DNA of 47,759 nucleotides, taken from the NCBI GenBank assembly GCA_010093745.1, contig MU006036.1, forward strand, positions 1 through 47,759, read 5' to 3'. A model generated the notes under the pieces. The model was not told the DNA's origin. It ran no database searches and was given only the letters and a program-made list of their open reading frames with translations. Position numbers and translations under genes: made by a program. The stretch is from Piedraia hortae CBS 480.64. Lineage: Eukaryota. Shown here in pieces: positions 12,348-23,103 of the stretch (its first letter is position 1; every line of letters starts with the position of its first letter).

Positions 12348-13539
12348 TTTCCTTGGCTTGCAAGACTTGTTGCTGGTGGGGTATGTATTGTTTTGTTTTA
12401 GGGGGGAGAGGGGGGTATTTATGTCGGTGGGGTATAAATAATGGGGCCTTTGAGGGATAATGATTCTTTTTATTGGTTCATTAGTATTGTGATTGATGAT
12501 TCGTGGGTCGTTTGTGAGAGGGGATAATGGGCCGATACACAATGAAATGCTAAACAATGGGAAGATAAAGAGTGTCATTCTGGTGCAAGGTGTTGTCTTT
12601 GTCGGGGTTTAGATGGGAATGAATCGTTGAAGGCTGTCTGTTAGCACCGGTTCTCTTTGTCCAACGCCGCCACAAAGTGAACATCATACCAAATCAGCAT
12701 GATTCTGTCCTGGGTATCATCCACGTGGTGATAGCATAAATTCTGTTCATAGCCTGCTCGTGGAGTTCGTTCTTGGAGAAGGAGGAGAGGATTCAGAGCA
12801 GACTGTCGTTACCAGAATGAAGCCCTCGTAGCATAAATCCGTGCAGTCAAACTTGGGTTTAGCGGACCCTGGATAAAGCGGGTTTCTCTTCATAACAGGC
12901 TGTCAGTACCCCCAATTTGGTTTCCACGAATTAGTAAACCTCTGGGCATATCAGGTATCTTGATGTCGAACTGCCAACTCGATCCACTTCATTCGGGTTT
13001 GGCTGTACTTGGAGAAACGAAGTCTCTGCGTTTTGAGCCACATTGTACGCCGCTTGACACCCCCTCAGGGGAAATGAGGAGTGTGGGCCCATGATTCCGC
13101 TGTAAGATTGTTGTTGCGTAGCGTAATCGTTCTGAAGATTGGGTTTTTACAAAATTATCTTTTCTGATGTTCACCGGCGAGCACATATACAAGTAGCTCC
13201 TTTGTTCAAACAGTTTCAAATATTACTCCACTGCCCCACTGTCCTCTTTATCATGCTCTTTGGGTATTCTGCTATACAGGATTTTTCTTCGTACAGTCTT
13301 TGTTATCAGGCCGAGGTATGGCACCAATACTCCTCAACAGCAACACACAGATCTATGAGGCTGCAAACTCTAATGAATAAACTCTATATCTCGCTCTCTA
13401 ACCTCGATATGTCTGCCTCCTCGTTGTAGTTTTGTTCATGCTAACGCAATGGCGGAAACGGCAGCATACGACCGCCCGCGGCCTTCCAACCAAGCTGGCC
13501 AATAATCGCTGGAGAAAGTCGTCGGAGGAGTGAATCTCA

Positions 13540-13699
13540 GGGCTCATAACTGTCGGAAGATGGGACAAGCAATGGTGTGTAAAGCACATATGTTTTTATG
13601 TGATGGTGTGTTTGTAGTGAAGTGAATTGCGGAACATCACCCCACGCTAATTCAAGTCTAGCCGCATTCACTAAGACCACGTCACCGAACCGACTCACA
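13540..13699 (-). mobile_element. Ty1/copia 5' LTR (about 149 bp) plus primer-binding site; internal remnant probably continues leftward
   Basis: On the minus strand TGTGAG...TCCGACA (13699-13551) is followed directly by GTTATGAGCCC, the copia-type half-tRNA-iMet PBS. Confidence 0.55.
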
Positions 13700-14599
13700 A
13701 AAGTGGAATTAAAGAACAGATGTACGTGAAGGTTAGGCCTGGTCAGTCTTTAGAGGAACTAGCCGTTGGAACGAGGATATTAGTAATCCTGTTTCTTCGT
13801 GTGCATACGTTTGCTGGCGTGGAATGTCGCCGAAGCTTTTCAGGATATATGCCATCAATAGCATTAGCAGAAGCGCATATAAACTGCTCACATGAACAAT
13901 AACTGATGCTGTAAGTTATGACAGGCTCTGGGCAGCTCCTTCCACTCTCGGGCTTAGCGAGTCAGGCTAGTATGGATTTACACACCAGATAACACCACAG
14001 CCCTCACTTACATTCGATACTGAGCGAACCAGACATACCTTCTATACCTCCCATCGAGCAAACGTCAAACCCAACATCAGATTCGATGTCGCCCACTGAC
14101 ACGCATCTTCAAGGTTATCCACCTCTGCTGCGAAAGCTCAAGGAGCTGGGATCTGCCGATCTGAACCTGGAAGAGATGAAACGTCAAAGGACCCCGACAC
14201 GAGAATTTGCATTGCGAATTTATAAAGCGATACGGTGTGAATCATCCCCTGGTGCATAGCGTTTCGAACACACTATGCTTCATCCTCATGTGCCTGAGAG
14301 ATCTACATTCGGCGTACCATTTGCTACACAGACAAACCCTTCTACTAGTGATTTAGTACAATGGTCATGTATCGGACGAGATCTTATCGCGAGGTTTTTG
14401 CAGCAGCAGGCTGCTCAGAGAGCGATCGGCTGGAACCACGTTCCGCATTGGCATCCTCAGTATCTGATAAGTCACTTTCAGTTAAAGGGCACGAACTGAT
14501 AGTGTGAGTACACCAAGACATGAATAATAGTATTATTGTGTGTCCTGCATACATAATGACCTTGTACATGGTCATCACGTGACACATCCTTCAACTATA

Positions 14600-16470
14600 A
14601 GCCATGGCCACAGTCTCTAGTTCCACCAGTCTCAGTTACTGACGGACACATCAAAGCTTCGAACGTCGACGATTTAAGGCTTCTTCGATAGTCTGGCCTC
14701 ACCCTTTTACCAAGGCTGAAAGCCCTTTTACAGACATTGGACATGGTGGGAATGAACGAAAGGCCATGGTACTTGGACCAGTGGCCCCGCTCACGCTTGA
14801 CATCTGCGATGAGTTTGTCCAAATCGTTCCTCTCCCGCCTACTGTTAGGATCGCGGTAGGGCTGAGGCAACAGGAATCGGTCAACCCCCGAGCACGACTC
14901 TTCATCTGAAAGAGAGTTTTCTTTGCTTCCTATGACCTTAATAATGGTTCTGTCAAAAGGATGTAGCACCCACCATGACCAGAACCATAGATAGAAGTCG
15001 AAACTTCTCAGGGTTTTTACCTCTATAGAGGAAGTTTTCCCTGAGACGGGTCATTGTCTCGTTCATGCTTAAGGGCATGGTTCGCTGATGTTGTCCTGGC
15101 AAATGCGGTTAGACTGAGGTAGTGTGGGGGGGATTTTGAACCTCACCTCATAGAGATAGAGATCTACATTACACATTTTTCAGTAAAAGTTGAGTGAAAA
15201 CTTTTTGTCGTTGACATCCACTCCGCTCTAGTCCTCGGAGGTTCACCCCTCCGACAGGTTCTCTCCAACGCGGGATTTTCAACGATCCTTGCATGCTCGT
15301 CCCGCTATGGCCCAGATTTGGGGTGATCGATCATCACATCATCCAGCAAGATTCTGGCCTCAGAGAGGGTCAAGTCCTCTCTCTTTGTAGGTATTCTGTC
15401 ACCCTGTCAAAAAAAGAAAAAAAAAAAAGCAAGCGTTGCGTTGTAGGCTTCTTCAAGTGACCTGTGATCTGTAGGTATTTGGCTCTCGTGGGTGAGAGTG
15501 CACAGCGACCCGAAGAGGGCGGAGCGATAGACGGAAACAGGGACAGGAAAGATGTAGATGTGTGTAAGTCAAAATACCAGTTGCAGCATGGTAGTGTGAA
15601 TGACTATTTTTCAATAAGGGGACGTTCAGAATGAAAATTCTGTTCCGGTGGGCCGGTGACGTCACGTCGTACACTAGCGGGGCGTATTCACCATGTCACA
15701 TATGACATGACCCTGAGGGAAAACCTCTGTGAGGCAAAAACCTAGGGTGCAGCTGGTAGTGTAGGAGGTATCGCTGACTTGCTATGCAAGTGCCCTGCAT
15801 ACGCGCTAGCGGCGATGCTTGAATCCAACATGATCCAACGGTTTTGGCAGAAGTTCAGCGATCTTAGGGTCCTGCTTATCGAGGAAAGGAAGCAACTTGC
15901 AAAAACGTTTGATCAGTTCAAACGTCGACGATCAGCGCGTCGCACTGCGCTTCTTCGGGGCCTGGTCGGTTTATCGGCCGAGTTTCGCCAACTGCTTGGA
16001 CGTGTCGAGGTACTTCATCAGCTGGCATATCTGATCAAGTTCCTCGTCAAAAGGGGCCAAATAAGCGTCCACCGCGATTTTGAACCGATGGCTTGCGCAG
16101 CCTTGGCCGGGATCCGTGAATCCCTGGCAAACTTACGGTTTGTGGAGCAGTTATCCCCGATAATCAGGAGGACCTCATTCAGGGGTCTATTATACTCTGC
16201 GAGGATCTCGTTAAACGTACCCCAATGGCTGATGGCACCGTAGCTTGACTCGTCTTTGAAGCCACGGAACGCGATCATCGGAGACTCCTTCCCGTCAACG
16301 GAGTAGACGGCAAATATCCCAAGATAATGGCGGGAGTCTTGCTTCAAGCCGTTGAATATAAGGCTGAACTCACAAGGCGGCTTCTGCCTGATGGACTCAC
16401 CAACCTCATCATGCACCACCATGCAGTACTTGCGGATGGTTTGGCGGCTGATCGTGTCTACGTTGGTTAT
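14600..16470 (-). mobile_element. hAT-superfamily transposase pseudogene, split by later insertions (N-part about 16470-15795, C-part about 14969-14600)
   Basis: FSLIFNG (first catalytic D changed to N), HYLGIFA, IIGDNCSTN, frameshift near 16105 into GCASHRFKIAV (CxxH), ATR*SSTF (TRW with stop at 15934-15932), and C-terminal FIPTMSNVCKRAFS...YRRSLKSSTFEALM (hAT dimerisation domain). Confidence 0.85.
15442..15779. repeat. solo-LTR-like repeat copy A (about 340 bp), inverted relative to 25873-26222 and nested in the hAT transposase
   Basis: 15655-15726 matches the reverse complement of 25930-26001 at 67/72, with weaker similarity across the rest; begins TGTAGG; internal palindrome CATGTCACATATGACATG. 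Confidence 0.8.
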
Positions 16471-17642
16471 GGCTTTCTACGCGGGTAATTCAAGGCAGGA
16501 CAGGGCAGTATCAGAGTAGTGCATCTAGCGTCGTGTCTCGTCCAAGGAGATAAGATAAACTGAACTTAGAAGCTCCACGAAATGTACGGTGAACGCAAGG
16601 AAAAAAATCCACGATTGGCCACCTGCCATGAACGTGGAGTTCATCACTAGACTTAGCGCGCACCTAAACTTTCACAACACCGGAGCTCATCATCTAAACA
16701 CTGTTCCAAAAGTTGGAACCGTTTATCAAGCGCTCCAGTAATCCATACTGATATGTGCGCTGTTTCACTTTGGTATGGATGTTCTGTGGTAGCCACGATA
16801 TGACAGCTATGGCAGCTAGCTGAGGCTGGACTGGGTAGCGGCGAGCTGAGGCTGAGCAGAGAACTAGCTGATGCTACAATGAAGGAAAGAGGAACGATGA
16901 TGCGAACGGAAAAGAGAGATGCATACTTCTCTCCTCTGGGGATGATTCCTCGACTAAGTACTCAGCTAAAGACCAGTCCCTGAGGGGGGTAATGCACAAA
17001 ATTTGTAGCAAAGGGGAAAACGCATGAAAGCGCGATATGCGGGGACCAGTCTCATAGCAAGTGCATCCTACTCTGTTGTCAGGGGGGACCAGCCCCACAC
17101 GTGATGAATCCGATTCAAGTAGTGAGACTAGAAATGGGGGATGACGCGAAAGACGATGTTGATTTTATTACCTTGCTACCAAGACTTTCGAGGGGCGAGG
17201 TTGCTTGTCACTTTACCCCTTGGGGCTATCTCCGGTTACGTATCTACAATGCACTTATCACGGCTCCCCTTTTGACTTTCAAACGGTATCAGATTTATGG
17301 AGTGTGAAAGCCTCGTCCCCACCTAAAAGAAACAAGGTGTTGCGATTGTCTGTTGTGGCCAATGTTACACGAGAAGGTCATTCTGCAGGATCTCTCCAAT
17401 TTCTTCCCAGGTAATCTAGCCGGGGTAACCCTGTCTGCTTGCCTGCGCATGCCTGCGGCACACGGATATGCCTCATTAGTGAAATCTGCTCGTACATGCT
17501 AACAGTAGGCTCACACATGCACCCCACTCTTATCCCACATCATCAGAGCTCAGACTTGAACACGGTAAAGCCTTGCAACAGCTTTTTTCATGCCAAACCT
17601 TCTCAAACTGCCCTCTCTCATTGCCATTTAAACGTGCCCAGC

Positions 17643-20600
17643 ATGCCCGGATGCTGGGAGTCCTTCAAAGCGATTTGTGAATCACTGGTCTCGAAATTAC
17701 GACCTCACAAATCAAAAAAATCAAAACATGCCACGCCAGGGGCTCCAGCTCCCGCCTCACAGCATCTCCAAACTTTGCGGCCAAACAATACGCCGGTAGA
17801 GGTGTCACGCCCCGATCCACAGCCCTCACAGCCTTCGCAGTCACAAAGTGCGCCTTTGGAAGCTTCAGCTTCCACTTCACAGACCTCACAGCCTTCACAG
17901 CCAAACAATGCACTTGCAGAGGCTTCAGCTTCTGTTCCGCAGACTTCGCAGTCGAATAATGTGCCTGTAGATGCGTCCCCTCCCGCTCCACAGCCATCGC
18001 AGCCAAACAATATGCCTGCGGAAGTGTTGGCATCTTGCCCACGGCACTTGCAGCCTCCGCATCCACGAAATGCCTCAGTAGAGGTTCCGGTCTCTACTCT
18101 ACCGCCCTTGTAGTCCCCACAGTCCCTCAATGCACCTGTCCAGACCTCGGTTTCCGCTTCACAGCCCTTGCAGCCATCACAGCCAAACAGTGAGCTTGTA
18201 CAGGCTTCATCTGAGGTGGCACCTCCAAAAAAATCCTTTTGGAGGCCAACAGAAGTTAAGAGAAGATGCTCTTGTTGGTATTTCACCGGACAAGCGCGAG
18301 TTTGTTGAGAAGCACGTCGATTTGGATAGTAATCTTGAGCGTGACGCCACCAATGTCCGAGCCTTGAGAGACCGGAATCAAGAAAGTCGTACCCAAAAAT
18401 GGAAAGACAAGATGGGAACAATTTCTTCTCAAATTATGAATTTTGCGCCGGTGTTTGATGCGGCAACTAATGCCCAAGCGGAGGTGCTTAGCCTACCGTG
18501 GGCGGGCATCCGCGTACTATTGATGGTAAGGACTAGACTTCACCATCTGCGATCCTGGTTGACACCATTTCTTTAGGTGGCTGAGGAAGCTCACAAGCAG
18601 AGCGAATCAATCTTGGAGGGATTTGAGACGGTGCTAGATACCAACAATCTCCTCTCCGCATACTTGTCCATCTACAGTCAGGTCAATGGAACGCCCACAA
18701 TTGAATTTCCGTACAACAGTATCGTCAAACTTTACGGTTTCATTCTGGAATTTGTGGTGCAATCCCAAATCATACGGGAAGGAAAGCCGTGGAAACAAGT
18801 TATACAATCTTTGACTGGTGGTGTTATACCAGAGTTCAAGACCGGTCACGACAGGATGCTGAATGCTGTTGAGCGCCATACAAGAGCTGTCGATCGCGAG
18901 GTCTCAAAGGAGCAGCGGGATCAGGTCGAGGAGCAGCTCAAGGCGCTGAGGAAGGCTCAAGGGGAAGTCAATAACAGAGTCAAGGGCGTTCAACAAATGC
19001 TAGATCTAAGTGCTCTGCAGGCGGTTGCTGGGGCAGCTTACGATTCGACAAATGGCGAGTCGCAGCTATGTCTAAAAGATACCCGGGTGCAGATCAGAAA
19101 GGAGATCCTGCACTGTGCCACCACCAGCGATGACCAAAGGCTATTCTGGTTATCTGGAAAGACAGGAACAGGCAAATCGACAATTGCGCGAACCGTTGCC
19201 GATGAACTTGCGAGGCAAGGGTACCTGGTGGGAAGCTTCTTCTTCAAGCGTGGCCAGGATAAATTGGGCCGCGCTCGCAGTCTATTTCCTACCATTGCCC
19301 GTCAAATGGCTTATTCCATACCTAGCATCAGCGACAAGATTGCTGACGCCTCTCACGGCTCCCCCCTCCTGATGCAGCTTCAAAGCCCTTGGAAAAGCAG
19401 TTCGAGGTGCTCATCGAAGGACCGCTTTTAGGGTATCAAACGGAATCAGCAACTGATGTCTGGGCGATTGTCATCGATGCTCTTGATGAGTGCGACGCCA
19501 AAGAAACCATAGGGCAAGCCATGAAACTTTGGCCGAAGCTTCGTTCTCACACCTCTATGAACCTGAGGGTATTCGTGACGAGTCGGTCGGACAACGAGAT
19601 CTGGAGTGCGCTCGACCAATTGGATCCCAAGCATTTTCGGTACGAGAGACTTGAAGAATGGCAACCGAGTACAATCGAAAATGACCTAAGACGGTATTGC
19701 GAAAATGAGTTGAAGAAGATTCGCGAGAAGCGCAAGAACAAAATGATTCCCGATGAACTAGGAGATTAATGGCCTGGAGAAGGTGTTGTCGAAAGGCTCG
19801 TTCAGATATCTCAACCACTGTTCATCGCGGCATCTACGATATTTAGGGAAGTGAGCAACAATCCAGGAAAGCGGCTTCGAGAATGGGTCGACCGGCTCAA
19901 CTTCACTGAAACGGATACACTGACCTTGATTTACTCTGATATTCTGGAACAAGCCGCTGATTTCGACAAAGAGTGGCTTCAATGGTTCTGTCAAGTCATC
20001 AAGCCATTCGCTCTTCTTCATTCTTCTCTCACCATCCCGGCACTTGCGGATCTCTTGGGGGGGGATACTACGATGATTGGCAATGCTCTCACTCCCTTGA
20101 GTTCGGTAATCGACTTCCCGAGTGGAAAGGAGGTGAAAACGGGCTCTCGGGCCACAGTACGGATTTATCATGAATCTTTCCGTGACTTCCTCATAGATCC
20201 CAGTCATAAGAGCAGGCCTCAGTTCTGGGTTAACGAAGGCGAGACCCACGGCATTCTCCTAACGAGATGTCTAGATTTGCCCAAAAACAAGCTCGATCGC
20301 GACGTGTGTAAGCAGAAAGATCCAGCAACGGAACGTAAAGGTATATCCACCGAGGTTGTCGAGAAGCACACCCCAGAGTCCTTACAGTATGCCTGCCGCT
20401 ACTGGACCAGCCATGCAGTCAAAAGCAATAGGACACTTGAAGGTGGCGGGCAAGTCGACTGTTTCTTGCGCGCAAGTTTCCTTCATTGGACAGAGGCAAT
20501 GGCCTGGCTGGACAAGCTTGGGGAAATGGTATTATGCCTCAAGAAGCTGCAAGAGGCCATCAACGTATATATTGCTTCTGTTTTTGTCTGCCGAAAGTAT

Positions 20601-22696
20601 GCCTAACCCTGAGCAGTCACAATTATTGCCAAAGCTACACGCCTTTGTCGCCGATGCTCTGAGATGGGTTCTAGCAAGTTGAGGTATGATCAGCGATGCA
20701 CCCCTTCAGACATATCTCTCAGCACTGGCTTTTGCGTCGAGCAACAGTATCGTACGAAACACCTTCTGGCATGAAGTGGAAGATTTCTTGCAAGTTTGGC
20801 CGCCAGTCGCGACTGATTGGGGCTTTGAGTTGCAAACCCTGAAGGGGCATGCTGGAAGGATACTGTCGATAACGCCTTCAAGCGACGGGAGTCGACTTGT
20901 CACCGTTGGCAGGGACAAGACAGTGCGACTATGGGATGTTGAAAGCGACACCGAAGAAAAACGTACAGAAATTGAAATGCCATATCATTATATTCGAGAG
21001 GTTGCTTCAGCATTCCCTAAAGAAGACCTTGTGATCATTGCAGGAGTGCGCGCTGGGTACTGGATGTGGAATTTGGAAGACGACGCCAGACGAATTGATC
21101 TCAAACTCCCACGCCATGCAAAAAGCGTTTCCGTCTCTCCGAACAGCCGATATGCCGCTTGGGGCTTGCGCAACGGCAAGATTTACATCTGGGACGCCGA
21201 CGAGGACGCCGGACAGGTGCTCAGGGGCCATAACTTTCCAGTGCGGTGCCTGTACTTCTCGTCGAATAGCGAGACACTGTTGTCGGGATCCAAGGATATT
21301 TGGAAATGGAGCGCACAAGCTGGGCATGAGAGGATATGCCAAGTAGGTACCGTCATTCGAGCCATCGCCATCTCACCAAACGGCAAGTTCGTTGTCTTTT
21401 GCTCTGACACGGTATCGGTGTTTCACTGCACCACCCACGAAGTTGACCAAATAATGCCAAAAGACATATTCCTGCCCAGCTTTCCTCTCTTGGTTACGCC
21501 AGACAGCCAGAAAGTTTTTGGGTTTTGGAGGGGCTGGACTCTTTCTCTACGACTTTTAAATGCAACAAGAGCCGATGAAGCTGCAACTGGGAGTCGACGT
21601 CACAGCCATGACATTATCGCCCGACGGGAAGACAATCTGGGTTGGGTTTGGGGATGGACATATTACGCAGCTGAACGTGGATCTAGCCTTGAAGAGCCCG
21701 CAGCATCGGACTGGCTACGCTAAGGTTGCACTGTCAACGAATGGACGGTCACTCGCCTCATTGGCTCAGGGAAACCAGCTCAACGTTTGGAACATTGAAA
21801 CGCGAACCTGCGAACATCGGTTAACAGATGACAGGCTCTGCAAATCTCCGCGTCTCCTTCAGCAGAGGCTGGTCCTGATCTCATCGGACAGTCATTTTGT
21901 GGTTGTTGCTTCCCTATACAACCCTGCGGACAACGCGGTTTTGATTTGGGACTTAGAAGCAGATGAACTGAGAGAGCTCAAAGACATACCGAGCGAAGTT
22001 ACTGTTCTTGAGTTATCCCCAGACAACAAAACACTCCTTTGCGGATTGCGCGACGGTCGGATATTGGCTATTGATCTGGAACGAGGAGTTCTGCGAGGAA
22101 AATACACGGGTCATACGAAACGGATCTGGGATATAGCGATTTCTCCAGATGGGCAGAACTTTGCATCGGCATCATTCGATGACACAATTAGGATCTGGGG
22201 ACCGAAGTCACAAACCCCGCTGGTACTGAGGTCTGAAGAAACCTTTGAGACATGTTTCTCCGCAGACGGTCGGATGCTTTACACTCGTAACTCCAAGAAT
22301 CGCATATGTGAATGGGACATTGAAAAGACGTGCATTGTGCGCACACTCGCTGAGGGTCCTTATGGTGGTTCGATACCTATCGATGGTCACTTCGTGTCGT
22401 CAACGTTCATGCCTGTCATGGACAGGTTAGCAGCCAATGAAGCCGCCCAGTCCCAAACGCAGGCTGAATCTTTCGCTTCGACAAGGTCAACGTTGATGTT
22501 CCAAGGCCGACGAATCTGCGCCTTGGACAAGAGACGTTATCCAGAACAGTGGATCACTGTCGATGGTCGGAAGATGTTCAAACGCCCTTATCAACTGAAA
22601 GCGTCTGATGGGTTCTCGTGCGGGCGAACAATGGTTTTTCCCAACGATGAGACTGGTTTTGCTGTTTTATATTTTACGGGCAAAGACTCCTTCTGA
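17643..22696 (+). pseudogene. fungal NLR (N-terminal helical domain-NACHT-WD40; HET-E/NWD-like), disabled
   Basis: SLPWAGIRVLL N-domain; Walker A GKTGTGKS; SFFFKRG; Walker B IVIDALDEC; FVTSR; HESFRDFL; LQYACRYW; APLQTYLSAL; WD40 repeats (LKGH...VRLWD, YTGH...IRIW). Introns 18526-18576 and 20565-20616. Stops at 18111, 19767 and 20680; frameshifts near 18245, 19365 and 21540. Confidence 0.92.
17765..18225 (+). repeat. about 8 degenerate coding tandem repeats (17-20 aa, consensus near QPSQPNNAPVEASASxP) at the NLR N-terminus
   Basis: Recurrent CAGCCxTCACAGCCAAACAAT...GAGGCTTCAGCT units; the array continues in frame past the TAG at 18111. Confidence 0.8.
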
Positions 22697-23103
22697 ATGA
22701 ACCAAATTTGTTCAAATTTTCAACGGTCCCGATTCCTTCACTGAGCGATACAGTCGGCCCGTGCCGCTAAATTCGTAGCTTTTTCTTGAACCTGCCGTGA
22801 ATTTTTCCATAGGGAGAACCAATGCAATTCACGATATGGTCATTGCCGCCAGGCCATTTGAGGAAGGGCCTTGTTGAATTCCTTTAGCTGCAGATGCCAG
22901 TCCTCAGCCACATCGTGCTGTAGATGTCTCTACGCTCTGTGGTGGTGTCGGGTGCGCCGGGATTCCATGTGATCTCCCATGATCGGCATCTGCGCAAGAA
23001 CTTGGAGGAATTTATGGTGATGTGACTTGGCTGGAATTTTGAAGGGAAGCACTGGGACGGTCAGCTTAACGATACAAAGTCCCAAAGGGCCATTCATCCT
23101 GAT

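Noticed and set aside
15779..16243. 154-aa plus-strand ORF
   Set aside because: Antisense shadow of the hAT transposase
13968..16750. AGTATGGATT inverted 10-mers as the TIRs of the hAT element
   Set aside because: Short match, atypical hAT terminus and no TSD; could be chance
17765..18225. NLR N-terminal repeats as an amyloid signalling motif (HRAM/PP/sigma)
   Set aside because: Proline-rich and lacking the Gly/Asn and hydrophobic beta pattern; no adjacent HeLo/HELL effector gene found
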